A stretch of 64,000 nt of DNA. It comes from a virus. Shown here one piece after another: positions 1 through 10,240 of this stretch. Made by a program: the position numbers and the translations under genes. The stretch covers positions 22,133-86,132 of the IMG/VR virus record IMGVR_UViG_3300043399_000446. One strand, written 5' to 3'. The notes under the pieces were generated by a model. It ran no database searches, was not told where the DNA came from, and worked only from the letters and a program-made list of their open reading frames with translations. Positions within the stretch are counted from its first letter, which is position 1; each line of letters begins with the position of its first letter.

Positions 1-8
1 TTATATAT

Positions 9-518
9 TTAAACATCCCAGCCTTGTGGGAGTGAAATTAGCATGCCTGTTGATTGATAAGATTGTCCTGAAACAATATCTACATTGGCTATTTCTAAAT
101 CAGCACCTGAACCTAATGTACCTACGGTTCCTATCATTGCACCTTTGTCAGTCATAGAGGTTGTGCCTGAACGGCATAATATGAACCAAGCAGCAGTACC
201 TGATGCTGATGCTGTGGTTACAGTTTGACATTTGCCAATTACATATTGTAAGTTTGTTCCACTATATCCTAAATTCTGATATTGACTAGATGTTGGTATA
301 GTAAATGTAATTAATAAATCACTAGCTCTAGTTGATCTATCAGTAAGTGCAGGAAAAGTTGCAGCCGTACCTTTATATATTAGTAATAAACTCACACTTG
401 ATGTACCAGAACCACTTATTATACTTGCAGAGGTAGATGAACCACTAGTTAATATTCCATTAGTGGAGTCATCTATCATGATATTTGCAGTCCCATTGGG
501 AATATATAAATTTGCCAT
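9..518 (-). CDS. putative virion structural protein (S/T/G-rich)
   Basis: 169 aa ORF with SD; shares GT-x-x-WF and G-x-V motifs with the adjacent 144 aa ORF. Confidence 0.5.
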   Translation of the reverse strand: MANLYIPNGTANIMIDDSTNGILTSGSSTSASIISGSGTSSVSLLLIYKGTAATFPALTDRSTRASDLLITFTIPTSSQYQNLGYSGTNLQYVIGKCQTVTTASASGTAAWFILCRSGTTSMTDKGAMIGTVGTLGSGADLEIANVDIVSGQSYQSTGMLISLPQGWDV

Positions 519-531
519 AATATAATTTACC

Positions 532-966
532 TTATGTTGCTGCTGCTAATGATAAAGAAAATGCTATTGTAAGATTTTGCCCTGATGTTGGAGTAAGGGT
601 ATTTAGAATTAATACTCCTCCACCCCCAGTGGTACTTACTGAATTTGATATTAGGGCTCCTCCCACAGTGCCAACACCAGATTGACCATAAATTGCAAAC
701 CAACTTACTGTTCCTGCACCAGTAGTTGCAACAGTAGTATTACCACCTGTTATAGTGATAACACCGTTAGATACAGTAGTGGTTAAATTAGCGAATTCTG
801 CTAAATGTCCTGAAGGCACATTACCTACACTATTTATAGGTGCATTTGGATATGCGACATTAGAACCATATACTCGCAATCTTTGATTATTTGTTGCACT
901 TAATATTCCCGATCTAAGCGCCGCAGCCATAGCATTAGCTGAAAAACTATTAAATTGTAAAGCCAT
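532..966 (-). CDS. putative virion structural protein, likely paralogue of 9..518
   Basis: 144 aa, AAGGA SD, upstream TAAATA, GTVSWF motif. Confidence 0.5.
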   Translation of the reverse strand: MALQFNSFSANAMAAALRSGILSATNNQRLRVYGSNVAYPNAPINSVGNVPSGHLAEFANLTTTVSNGVITITGGNTTVATTGAGTVSWFAIYGQSGVGTVGGALISNSVSTTGGGGVLILNTLTPTSGQNLTIAFSLSLAAAT

Positions 967-1025
967 ATCTAAATATCCTTTATTCTATTTATTCTTAATT
1001 TAAAAAAAATAATACTTTTTATCTA

Positions 1026-2981
1026 CTATTTCCTTAACAAGGGAGGTATTCCTGCCCTACTAACTTTAAATCCAAAAGCTTTAGCATTCTTTTTGATAGT
1101 ATTGGGTTTTACATCCACTGTTAGCGCAGTTTTAAATCTTGGATCATTCTTTTCTGCGTTGCTTGGTATATATCCTGAAGCACTTTCGTCAACTTTTGTT
1201 AGCGATTTCCATTTATTAGCTAAATTATTAACCAAGTCGCTAACATTATTAAGTTTATTTGCCTGCATGTATCTAATGATATTAATCGCATGTTCTCTAT
1301 CTGGACCTGAATTGGGTTTACGAGCATTACTTAAATCATTAGCAAGTCCTTTGGCCGCATCATTTTTATAGTAATCTTGGTATATCAAACTATAACGCAA
1401 TTTATTTGCTTTATCACTTAATAGGTTTTGATTGTTAGATTTAACTAATTCTATCCAAGGTAGTAAATAACCTTTATGTGTACTTATATAACCGCCTGTT
1501 CGTTCTTGTCCTGTTAAAATAGAAACATCTCCAAGTTTTCTTGTATCTTGATTTCTCCAAGCATTTTTATCTGTATAAAAGTATGTTGAGATTCCCAATC
1601 TTTTAGCTAAAATTAAATCTTGTCTAGCCCAAGCTTTGGTTCTTGACTCTGCTTCAGGCGACACATAAATATGTATTTCGGTTACTCCCTTAATACTCAT
1701 CGTAGGATCTTTACTAAAAATTCTATCTTCTGCTTCATGTGTTCTATGATGAGATTTTTGCGGGTCACGGTTGCTCCAATAATCTACAGGCGCGGCCTTG
1801 TAATGACTGCTATACCATTTACCATCTAACACAAATAAAACAGCGTCATCACCTATTGTTTCGTGGTATCCACCTCGTCTTGACCTTGTGGTGCTCAAAA
1901 AATAAGGATAACCTTTGGGGGCATATTGTTCTTCTACGCTTCCTAATGTGCTACTTAATTGAAATTCGCCTGTGCTTAAAATATTTTTTGCAGTAACGGC
2001 TGTAGTATAATGATATACAATTGGACTTAATCCTTCATTTAAAAAAGTTTCTTCTAAATTGGCTTTTAACAGTTTTGTATAGTAGTTGGGATCTTCTTTA
2101 AGATGGTCTAATGCTATTTCTTTAGCAACTTTTATGTCTTTAGTATGTTCTTGTTCTACTTTAATACCCTTCTTTAACTCTGCCATAATGTGTTCTACAC
2201 TAACATTATGTCTTTTAGTTAATTGTTGGGGAGTTAGAGTAGGGACATTTAATATAGATTGTTCATACATAGCTTCAATACTTAAACTCTTGCTATGTAG
2301 TTTGTCTCGTAGATCGTATAATTTTGTTAGCCAACCCTGACTGCGTAATGCTTTGTAAGCCAAGTTTTCGGGGCTGAATTCGCCACCTTTATCTAAACCC
2401 ACTTGACGATAGCGACGCATTGTTTTTAGAAGTTCTTCTACTTTTTTGATGTTTTTAGATTTCAATGCTATCTGTACTAAATCATATAGCTTTTTGAACT
2501 TTTGCTTTGTTATAGTTTGATCCAAGTTTGCTCTTCGTTTTACTGGAATTCTTAACCATTTATTTTGTAATAAACTATACTCACCCAAACTAATTACAGG
2601 CTCATTGCTGTCTTGTACATAAAGTTCTACAGGTACACCATGAACTTTTATATCGTGACTATCGTTATATATTGTCTTTTTGGCGTTGAATAACTCACGA
2701 TAAACTTCATCGTTAGATAGTTTGTTAAAATCTACTAAGATGTGTAAATCTAAATCGCTATGTGGCGTATAAGTATAGGCTGCATTTGATCCTGATATAG
2801 TGATATCTGCTACATCTAAATCTTTAATACCTAATTCTGTAATGAAATCCTTAGCTATCAATATCAATTGCTTTTTAACTTCAGGGCGTGGCTTATTGTT
2901 CACGAATAGTTTGGGATTCAACTTATCGTGAAATTTGACGGCGTCTGAGAGTTTGAAAGATTCTAATTGATTGATATTCAT
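1026..2981 (-). CDS. multidomain protein: Pol-beta-type nucleotidyltransferase + DUF5661-like + ADP-ribosyltransferase-like domain
   Basis: ISGSNA...SDLDLH (GS/DxD); ELKKGIKVEQEHT...IALDHLKEDPNYYTKL; VYHYT/LSTTRS/EAEDR. Confidence 0.65.
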   Translation of the reverse strand: MNINQLESFKLSDAVKFHDKLNPKLFVNNKPRPEVKKQLILIAKDFITELGIKDLDVADITISGSNAAYTYTPHSDLDLHILVDFNKLSNDEVYRELFNAKKTIYNDSHDIKVHGVPVELYVQDSNEPVISLGEYSLLQNKWLRIPVKRRANLDQTITKQKFKKLYDLVQIALKSKNIKKVEELLKTMRRYRQVGLDKGGEFSPENLAYKALRSQGWLTKLYDLRDKLHSKSLSIEAMYEQSILNVPTLTPQQLTKRHNVSVEHIMAELKKGIKVEQEHTKDIKVAKEIALDHLKEDPNYYTKLLKANLEETFLNEGLSPIVYHYTTAVTAKNILSTGEFQLSSTLGSVEEQYAPKGYPYFLSTTRSRRGGYHETIGDDAVLFVLDGKWYSSHYKAAPVDYWSNRDPQKSHHRTHEAEDRIFSKDPTMSIKGVTEIHIYVSPEAESRTKAWARQDLILAKRLGISTYFYTDKNAWRNQDTRKLGDVSILTGQERTGGYISTHKGYLLPWIELVKSNNQNLLSDKANKLRYSLIYQDYYKNDAAKGLANDLSNARKPNSGPDREHAINIIRYMQANKLNNVSDLVNNLANKWKSLTKVDESASGYIPSNAEKNDPRFKTALTVDVKPNTIKKNAKAFGFKVSRAGIPPLLRK

Positions 2982-2994
2982 TTACTTATTTATC

Positions 2995-3213
2995 TTATAA
3001 TTTATGACCGCAATGTGGGCAGCGTTTGGCATGTTCTTCTTTTGCTTCTTCGATAGCTTGTCTGATGCCTTTTATGTCTTTCAATAAGTGATTAAGTAGT
3101 TTTCTATCTCTGTGTTTTTTGTCTTTTTCCAGTTCTTTTTTAATGCGTTCTTTTTGACTATTAACGCGCTTTTCAAATACTTCAATGTAATGTGGTAATG
3201 ATTTTTTTGTCAT
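2995..3213 (-). CDS. small coiled-coil protein with C-terminal CPHC zinc knuckle
   Basis: start moved to ATG 3213 (MTKKS) because the upstream codons lie in a terminator. Confidence 0.55.
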   Translation of the reverse strand: MTKKSLPHYIEVFEKRVNSQKERIKKELEKDKKHRDRKLLNHLLKDIKGIRQAIEEAKEEHAKRCPHCGHKL

Positions 3214-3221
3214 AGTATAAA

Positions 3222-3247
3222 ATAAAAGGGGCAACTGCCCCTTTTAT
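3222..3247. terminator. intrinsic terminator
   Basis: ATAAAAGGGGCA-AC-TGCCCCTTTTAT inverted repeat downstream of the glycosyltransferase. Confidence 0.75.
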
Positions 3248-3265
3248 CCCTTTATCTAATAATTT

Positions 3266-4177
3266 TTATGATGTTGGTAACTCTGTTACTACTTTACCCG
3301 TGTTATCAACTACTTGTAGATTTTTTGATTTTAAGTATTCAACATACATTGGACCAATTGTCTTAAGTAGATGCTCTTGATTCTCCATACAGAATACATA
3401 GCTACCTGAGTGGCGTAGTAGGACACGTTTGTCTACCCAAACGCGGCCGCCTAGATCACGCCAGTTTTCGCAGAATGTCCAGTCTTCGCTGTAGTAACGA
3501 TTCTGACGAACGGCTGTGTCAAAGTATGTCTTTAGATACTTGTCATACTTTGGATCCATACCAATGTCATTTTTGTATGGCTTGACTGCTGGGTGAGCAT
3601 TTAGCTTCGCAAATACATGCTTCTTCATTAGCAAGAAACCTGTACCAGCTTTGCTTACTTCTTGTAGACCATCAGGGCCTTCTTCTGCACCTTCAAATCC
3701 ATTTACTACCCATTTGATAGGCATTGACTTCATTGGATATAGACCTGCGATAACGTCAACGTCACGATTTAGTAGAACTAGCAAATGCCATGGCTCCCAA
3801 CCAATGTCAGCATCTACGAAGAATAGATGTGTAGCTTCGGGCATATCTAGAAACTTAGCTGTTAGTGTGTTACGTGCGCGACTAATCAATGATTCATTGA
3901 CCATTGTTTCCAATGTCCAATCAATACCAAGTTGGCGAGCAGTATTTGCCCACTTGATGAATGACATGAATACAGATTCAGTTAGCATACCGCCATAGCA
4001 AGGCATAGCGATGTGTACGCGAGTGGTACGTAAGAAATCTACATTAACTTGAATTTGTCCAGCCTGTGGCTGTTGACCTTGCTCGACTTGAGCAGGTACT
4101 TGGGCTGCTTGTTGTGCTAATTCCTGTACAGCCTCTACAGGAACTTTCTTTTCTGTCTTGGGTTTTTTAGTTGCCAT
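3266..4177 (-). CDS. GT-A fold glycosyltransferase
   Basis: IAMPCYGG, ESLISRARN, FVDAD (DxD), GTGFLL, SEDWTFC motifs. Confidence 0.75.
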   Translation of the reverse strand: MATKKPKTEKKVPVEAVQELAQQAAQVPAQVEQGQQPQAGQIQVNVDFLRTTRVHIAMPCYGGMLTESVFMSFIKWANTARQLGIDWTLETMVNESLISRARNTLTAKFLDMPEATHLFFVDADIGWEPWHLLVLLNRDVDVIAGLYPMKSMPIKWVVNGFEGAEEGPDGLQEVSKAGTGFLLMKKHVFAKLNAHPAVKPYKNDIGMDPKYDKYLKTYFDTAVRQNRYYSEDWTFCENWRDLGGRVWVDKRVLLRHSGSYVFCMENQEHLLKTIGPMYVEYLKSKNLQVVDNTGKVVTELPTS

Positions 4178-4234
4178 AGTGTCCTCTTGTAAAGATAAAA
4201 TTATTTACACAGAGATGATGGCGATGAAATTTTT

Positions 4235-4903
4235 TTATTTTTCGTCTATATAGTCTTGATTTTCAAGGATATTTTGAGGTTTAGTTTCAACTAAATTTTC
4301 TGCTAGTGTTTCTGCAACCTGCTCGCCCATGACTTGGTCAAACATTTGAACAACATTTTGTGCTAATTTAGGATTAGTCTGTGCTTTAGGATACAAACTC
4401 ATAACTAATGCTGTTTTACGCTTATCGTTTAATGTAGGCCAAGCTTTACGAATTTGTGTGGCACTTGTTATGCCAGGTCCAAATTCAACAGTGGGCAAAT
4501 AAGCCATATATGCGTGCTTGCTAAAAGGTTGTAGGTTTTTTCCTGTATATGGTTGAAAGTACGCAGGTGAACCATCTTTCTTTGTTCCACCTGCTTGAGG
4601 GGGTTCGTTGCGATCCTTTTCGCTACGCACGAAAATCAATACATCTTCTTCGGGATTAAATTGTTGTGTAATTTCTTTAGCTTGAAATGGGCTTTTAACT
4701 TGAATAAAATGACCAGGTTCAACGCCTGCTAATTTTGCTAATTTTTCCTTTAGTGCGAACGGGAAAGGTCTTTCACTTTGGTCATTGGTTGCAGCTACAT
4801 AAACTTCAGCATTGGGGAATGCTTTTTTAGCCGATTGATATAACGCAAAATGCCCTGCGTGAAATGGATGAAAGCCACCTGGCATTATAACAAGCATACG
4901 CAT
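4235..4903 (-). CDS. HxGH-family nucleotidylyl/cytidylyltransferase
   Basis: PGGFHPFHAGH N-terminal motif, SATQIR motif. Confidence 0.75.
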   Translation of the reverse strand: MRMLVIMPGGFHPFHAGHFALYQSAKKAFPNAEVYVAATNDQSERPFPFALKEKLAKLAGVEPGHFIQVKSPFQAKEITQQFNPEEDVLIFVRSEKDRNEPPQAGGTKKDGSPAYFQPYTGKNLQPFSKHAYMAYLPTVEFGPGITSATQIRKAWPTLNDKRKTALVMSLYPKAQTNPKLAQNVVQMFDQVMGEQVAETLAENLVETKPQNILENQDYIDEK

Positions 4904-4904
4904 A

Positions 4905-5291
4905 TTAATAACTCAATTTTACAAAATCCAATGTACCACCATCAAAATCAACAATCTTAGCACGCATGTAAACAAAGTTGCCTTCAATGTTAGTATAAAC
5001 ACTAGCATCAGATGCTAATTGTGGTGCGGTATTAGCAGGAGCATTAGCGTTAGCCACTAATTCGTATACTTTGAACCAATCATTTTGTGTAGGTGATGTA
5101 GCTAAACTTGCTTCAATAACTATGTTGCCAGTCAAGCCTGTAGCTTTGATATTTATAGTTTGAAGATCACGATTTCCTAAATAATATGCGGCTGCAGGTT
5201 GAGAGTTACCTATTACTGTGTAAGGTGCCCCGTTACCTGGATTCAAGTAACTGGTTTGTGGCAATAGAATTAGTGTCGTTGTTTGAGACAT
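4905..5291 (-). CDS. hypothetical beta-rich protein, likely virion
   Basis: 128 aa; GNIVIEASL...WF...YMRA resembles the C-terminus of 56428..57201. Confidence 0.5.
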   Translation of the reverse strand: MSQTTTLILLPQTSYLNPGNGAPYTVIGNSQPAAAYYLGNRDLQTINIKATGLTGNIVIEASLATSPTQNDWFKVYELVANANAPANTAPQLASDASVYTNIEGNFVYMRAKIVDFDGGTLDFVKLSY

Positions 5292-5292
5292 G

Positions 5293-5460
5293 TTATGCTT
5301 TAACTACCTCTACAACAATAGAATCGCCTACTAATTCCTGTGATACTTGCTCTAGTGCGGATGCTACATCATCACTTAACAAGTTGGCAGAATCAGTTTC
5401 GCTATCTTTAACGATTTTACTGAATTTTACTACTAGTACTTCTTCAACAATTTTGGCCAT
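5293..5460 (-). CDS. 55 aa hypothetical protein (not in ORF track)
   Basis: MAKIVEEVLVVKFSKIVKD...VEVVKA*; GGAG SD and TAAATA upstream; fills the gap exactly. Confidence 0.7.
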   Translation of the reverse strand: MAKIVEEVLVVKFSKIVKDSETDSANLLSDDVASALEQVSQELVGDSIVVEVVKA

Positions 5461-5496
5461 GAAAAATACTCCAATGATAGAGTATTTATCATTAAT

Positions 5497-6174
5497 TTAT
5501 TGTTTTTCAAGTTTAAAATTTAAACCCAATGCCTCAGGTATTGACAGAGCTAGTATAGTATAATCGCTTTCGTTATCATAGCCTATATTAAAGCTATCTC
5601 TTATCCAATTTTTAGTCCAACCTGTGTTATAATTTAGCCAATACTTCAAGCTTTTATTAGGATAAAATTTAGTTGAACTGTTTTCGTATCTCTCAAAAAA
5701 ATCTTTGAGATTACGATAAAAGTCATTACTAACTTTAGTATTTTTAAAATACACCCTATATTTTGTAGGGGGATTCCTTTTAAAATATTTAATTCCGCCA
5801 GGTACATTAGCTATAGCTTGTTTATATACAGGTTGATAATTTTCAAAATAGGGGGCTATCTGTTTAAGAATTTCAATGTCGTTTGCGTAGACTGACAAAG
5901 AATTCATACATAATCTTATGCTTGCACCCTCAGTATTAAAATTACTTTTCCACAAAAAGTAATTTTGAAATGTAGTTGTACGCTCTTTAGTCCAAGTAAA
6001 GGATGAAGCTATCCATCCTTTACTTCTCAAGAAAGCAATTCTATCTTTTAACGCTTTGAAATCCTTACAGTACCTAGTTCTACCTATGTGAGATATCTTA
6101 AATACGACCTTGAATTCGTATTTTTTATAGTATAGTTCTGTCTTGTTTTCAGTTATTAACTTGAATGATGCCAT
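5497..6174 (-). CDS. hypothetical protein
   Basis: 225 aa, overlaps the clpA 3' end. Confidence 0.6.
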   Translation of the reverse strand: MASFKLITENKTELYYKKYEFKVVFKISHIGRTRYCKDFKALKDRIAFLRSKGWIASSFTWTKERTTTFQNYFLWKSNFNTEGASIRLCMNSLSVYANDIEILKQIAPYFENYQPVYKQAIANVPGGIKYFKRNPPTKYRVYFKNTKVSNDFYRNLKDFFERYENSSTKFYPNKSLKYWLNYNTGWTKNWIRDSFNIGYDNESDYTILALSIPEALGLNFKLEKQ

Positions 6175-8416
6175 TGCTATCCACGCTTGCAGTATGTTTC
6201 ATAGACATTACAAAGTCTACTTTGCCTTCTTTCATTACAGCAGCCACATTTGCGTTTTTGATCTTATCAAAAATAATCTTCTTACTTAGTGGAACTCTGA
6301 TTAGCTCATCGATCTTGCGTGCCAGGGGTCTTGCACCCATTTTCTTGTCATAGCCCACTTCTGCCAAATACTCTACTACTGGCTCTGTGATAGTAAGCGA
6401 AATGTTGTGCTTGTCTGCTAATTGCTTACGCAAATCTTCAGTAAACTTGATTACGATTTTCTTGATTGCTAGTGTATCAAGCTTGTTGAATTTACATACT
6501 AGATCAATACGATTTCTGAATTCTGGCTTGAAGAAGTCCTTTAGAGCTTTGTCATCTTCGCCCAATTTATCCTGACTACCGAAACCAATATTCAATCGTT
6601 CGCTATCGCTTGAACCTAGATTGCTGGTCATGATGATGATCGTATTCTTACATGATACTACTTTACCATTGCTGCCTGTGATCTTACCTTCATCTAGAAT
6701 TTGTAAGAAGATGTTGAAGATATCAGGATGTGCTTTTTCAACCTCGTCAAATAACATGATTGCGTGAGGATTCTTGCTAAGATCATTAATTAGTCGTCCA
6801 CCGCTTACTTGACTGTCGTTGAAGCCAACATAGCCAGGTGGGGGTCCAATCAATGACGATACAGCATGTTTCTCGCCAAACTCGCTCATATCATATTTGA
6901 GTAATGGCATGTCTAAGTTTTTACTTAGTAGTTTAGCCATTTCAGTTTTACCTGTACCTGTTGGTCCTAAGAACAAGAAACTACACATTGGCTTAGTTTC
7001 GTTGCTGATGCCAGCAAATGAAACATAAACACGCTCTAAGATTTCTTGTACGGTAGCATCCTGACCAAATAGCTTGTTCTTTACATTCAACTCTAAGGTA
7101 GAGATACGATCATAATTGTCACTTTTTAGCTTATCGGCAGGAACACCTGTAAACTTCTCTACTTGTTCGTAGATCAATTCTTTAGTGATGATAGCGCCAT
7201 GATTTTCTGCTACGCGCTGTTTAGCACAGGCTGCGTCAAGCAAGTCAATACTCTTGTCAGGATTTTTACGATCATGGATGTATCGTGCAGAGCTATCTAC
7301 TGCTGCCTTGATAGCCTCTTCAGTGATTTCAACATTATGAAACTCATTGAGGCGTTTGCTCAAGCCTGATAGAATCTTGATTGTAGATTCTTGACTTGGC
7401 TCATCAACGGATACCCGATAGAATCTACGCATTAGTGCGCGATCTTTCTCAAAGCTTTCGTAGAACTCTTCCCATGTTGTGCTTGCGATGACTTTGAGTG
7501 TGCCCTTAGTGATAGCGGGCTTAATCATGTTAGCAAAGTCGATAGAACCCCCTGTTGAATTACCTGAACCACGCATAGTATGCGCTTCGTCAATAAACAG
7601 AATAGCTTTCTTTTTAGTATTAAGTGCTTCAATAACTGCTTTTACTTTTTCCTCAAAGTCTCCGCGATACTTGCTACCCGCAAGCAATGAACCAATTTCA
7701 AGTGAATACACTTCATGGTCGTATAAAAACTCTGGGCATTCTTTTTCATAAATGCGTTTTGCTAATCCTTCTGCGATAGCAGTTTTACCTACGCCAGGAT
7801 CACCTACCATCAATACATTGCTTTTGAACTTCTTAGCTAATACATTGATAATATCTTCTAATTCATCATTACGACCAATTAGTGGTTCGATTTTATCTTC
7901 ATGTGCTAATCTTGTTAGATTAATAGTATATTCATCTAATACTTCGTCAGCTTGATTTTCAGTCAACTTAGTTGTGTATTCACTACCCTTATAGTGCTTT
8001 TGCCAATACTGAACAAACTCATTTTTGTTGACGCCATATTTCATTAGAAAGTAATGTGCGTGACTATTACCCTCGGAGATAATGCTTAAAAATACATCAA
8101 TAGTAGTAACCTGATTGCGATTAGTGAATAATACTTGCGTAACCGCCCTATTCATTACACGCTCTAATGAATTAGTCCTACGAGGTTCCACTGGGGTCGC
8201 GGTTGTCACGATAGAATGTAAACTATCCACATAAGCTGTTAGTTCGTTGATAAGCATATCTGCTTCAGCACCAAAATGTGCCAAACATTTTTTGAAGGGT
8301 TGATGCGATACTAGAGCTAAAGCAAGATGCTCTACGGTACAATATTTGTGGCTTCTTTCTTTCGCCAGTTCAATGGCTGCTTCAATGATGGCTTCAATTT
8401 CGGGTGAGTTTTTCAT
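6149..8416 (-). CDS. clpA: ATP-dependent Clp protease ATP-binding subunit, ClpA-like
   Basis: Clp N-domain, two AAA+ modules (GDPGVGKT; GPTGTGKT), IGF ClpP-docking loop, no ClpB M-domain. Confidence 0.9.
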   Translation of the reverse strand: MKNSPEIEAIIEAAIELAKERSHKYCTVEHLALALVSHQPFKKCLAHFGAEADMLINELTAYVDSLHSIVTTATPVEPRRTNSLERVMNRAVTQVLFTNRNQVTTIDVFLSIISEGNSHAHYFLMKYGVNKNEFVQYWQKHYKGSEYTTKLTENQADEVLDEYTINLTRLAHEDKIEPLIGRNDELEDIINVLAKKFKSNVLMVGDPGVGKTAIAEGLAKRIYEKECPEFLYDHEVYSLEIGSLLAGSKYRGDFEEKVKAVIEALNTKKKAILFIDEAHTMRGSGNSTGGSIDFANMIKPAITKGTLKVIASTTWEEFYESFEKDRALMRRFYRVSVDEPSQESTIKILSGLSKRLNEFHNVEITEEAIKAAVDSSARYIHDRKNPDKSIDLLDAACAKQRVAENHGAIITKELIYEQVEKFTGVPADKLKSDNYDRISTLELNVKNKLFGQDATVQEILERVYVSFAGISNETKPMCSFLFLGPTGTGKTEMAKLLSKNLDMPLLKYDMSEFGEKHAVSSLIGPPPGYVGFNDSQVSGGRLINDLSKNPHAIMLFDEVEKAHPDIFNIFLQILDEGKITGSNGKVVSCKNTIIIMTSNLGSSDSERLNIGFGSQDKLGEDDKALKDFFKPEFRNRIDLVCKFNKLDTLAIKKIVIKFTEDLRKQLADKHNISLTITEPVVEYLAEVGYDKKMGARPLARKIDELIRVPLSKKIIFDKIKNANVAAVMKEGKVDFVMSMKHTASVDSNGIIQVNN

Positions 8417-8418
8417 TT

Positions 8419-9231
8419 TTAATCCTTTTTGTGTTTGGCCATGCTAATAGCATTTATGATGCTTGAGTCTATATTATCAGGTATGTAGGGTTTTATCAAT
8501 AGAATTTGGTCCCCAAAACTACCTAAGTTATATATAGGAAGACCTTGTCCTGCTAATCTCAAATGTACATGTGGTTGTGTTTTGGGTGGAATTCTAACTT
8601 CTATTATACTACCCGAAATAGTTTTAAATTCCATACTTGTACCTACTACTAAGTCTAATACTGATACTGGAAAGTTTGATACCAAATCGTTATTGTGGCG
8701 ATCAAAATGTAGATGTTTTTGTGTTCTGAACTCAACTATTAAGGTGCCATTATCTATAACATTGGGTAATTTTATTTGTCCCCCTTCAGGTATTCCTTTG
8801 GGAATTTCTATATCAATAGTTTTAACTCCCGCATGAGTTTGTAATTGTATCGTTTGTCCCCCACCAAAATAAACCTGTTCAAGGGTCACCATAAGTGTAG
8901 TTTTGAAAACTTGTTGTCTTGCTTGATTAGTATTCTGTCCTTGATTTCGGAAAAAAGTATGGAAAAAATCTTCAAAACCATGTGCGTGAAACTGAAATCC
9001 GCTAGGAAAGCCTTGAGTGAATCCTGAAAAATCGCCAGCAACGTTAGGATCATCGTATTGTTTTCTTTTTTGGGGATCACCCAAAGTTTCATACGCAGCT
9101 TGTATTTTTTGGAATGTAGCTGTATCTCCACCTTTATCGGGATGGTGAATACTTGCTAATTTTCGGTATGCTTTTTTAATATCTTCTTGTGTCGCGGATT
9201 TATCGACACCTAAAGTTTGATAATAGTTCAT
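8419..9231 (-). CDS. dnaJ: DnaJ-class co-chaperone (CbpA-like, no zinc finger)
   Basis: J domain with HPDKGG, G/F-rich region, C-terminal domain; start set at MNYYQ. Confidence 0.85.
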   Translation of the reverse strand: MNYYQTLGVDKSATQEDIKKAYRKLASIHHPDKGGDTATFQKIQAAYETLGDPQKRKQYDDPNVAGDFSGFTQGFPSGFQFHAHGFEDFFHTFFRNQGQNTNQARQQVFKTTLMVTLEQVYFGGGQTIQLQTHAGVKTIDIEIPKGIPEGGQIKLPNVIDNGTLIVEFRTQKHLHFDRHNNDLVSNFPVSVLDLVVGTSMEFKTISGSIIEVRIPPKTQPHVHLRLAGQGLPIYNLGSFGDQILLIKPYIPDNIDSSIINAISMAKHKKD

Positions 9232-9238
9232 TAAGTAT

Positions 9239-9685
9239 TTACTGGCGTAAAACACCTTCCAGTTTTTCTTTTGTTCTACCGTAAACTGCGATGCCTAATA
9301 CTGTACCCATTGCTATGTGGAATAATCCTGCACCCATTAATGTCATAGGCTGATATTGTGCTTCAACTTTGCCATTCATTAAAGCCTGTAAAATAGACCA
9401 TAAAACAGGGAACACAATAAAATCTGTTATACATACCACCATATACATCCATCCCATAGCAGGGCGCCATTTATTGTTTACCCAATCTTTGTTTGTGTTT
9501 TCTACTAAATTTTCACCATTATTTGCGGCAGTAGTTTCAGCAGATTGCATAAAATTTTGATTTTGCATTATAGGAGGACCAAATTGAGGTACAGTGGGAT
9601 CTTTTACCAATTGTTCTTCTGCTACATCATTTGTAGCAACAGGATTTTCGTTATCTGTTTTTTTGGGTAATTTAACTTCATCCAT
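9239..9685 (-). CDS. putative holin-like membrane protein
   Basis: [10 protein letters not shown] followed by hydrophobic helices and GRTKEK; start uncertain (MDEVK assumed). Confidence 0.55.
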   Translation of the reverse strand: MDEVKLPKKTDNENPVATNDVAEEQLVKDPTVPQFGPPIMQNQNFMQSAETTAANNGENLVENTNKDWVNNKWRPAMGWMYMVVCITDFIVFPVLWSILQALMNGKVEAQYQPMTLMGAGLFHIAMGTVLGIAVYGRTKEKLEGVLRQ

Positions 9686-9686
9686 G

Positions 9687-10232
9687 TTATAATCCGGCCA
9701 TAGCCTTGAAATTTTTAATTTCAACATCTGCGTCATCGTATATAGGTTTGGCACCTATTCCTGCAATCTCACGCATTTCATTTAAGTCACCTTCGGACTC
9801 TTCTTCTATTCTATATTCATGTGGTGAAATTGTTATGACTTGTTTTAATATATTGCTGTCAGCCTCAAATTCTTCTTCGTTGACCATAACAACCCACTCA
9901 GTAGGCTCTATACCTGTTAGTGTTTTTAAATCTGAAATAAGTTCAACTATATGTGCAGGTACTGTACTTCTGCGATTCATTTCAACGAATACAACCCATT
10001 TACCTGGAGATAGTTCACCTTCGCTTATGCTTGCATCAAGTACCCAATCATAGCCCCGCTCGAACCATTCAGCTAAATCTCTACCTGCCATTTCACTATA
10101 AACAACAAATGCTAATGTAACGATGTCGCTATCTTTACCCATTTTAGCAGAGTATTCATCGACTGATACGGTTGAATCCATCATGCCTTCTAAGTCGTGA
10201 TAGTCTAATCCCTCTTTAAGAATTCTTTTCAT
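9687..10232 (-). CDS. conserved acidic hypothetical protein
   Basis: 181 aa, SD present, N-terminal ILKE motif. Confidence 0.6.
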   Translation of the reverse strand: MKRILKEGLDYHDLEGMMDSTVSVDEYSAKMGKDSDIVTLAFVVYSEMAGRDLAEWFERGYDWVLDASISEGELSPGKWVVFVEMNRRSTVPAHIVELISDLKTLTGIEPTEWVVMVNEEEFEADSNILKQVITISPHEYRIEEESEGDLNEMREIAGIGAKPIYDDADVEIKNFKAMAGL

Positions 10233-10240
10233 GTCTATCC

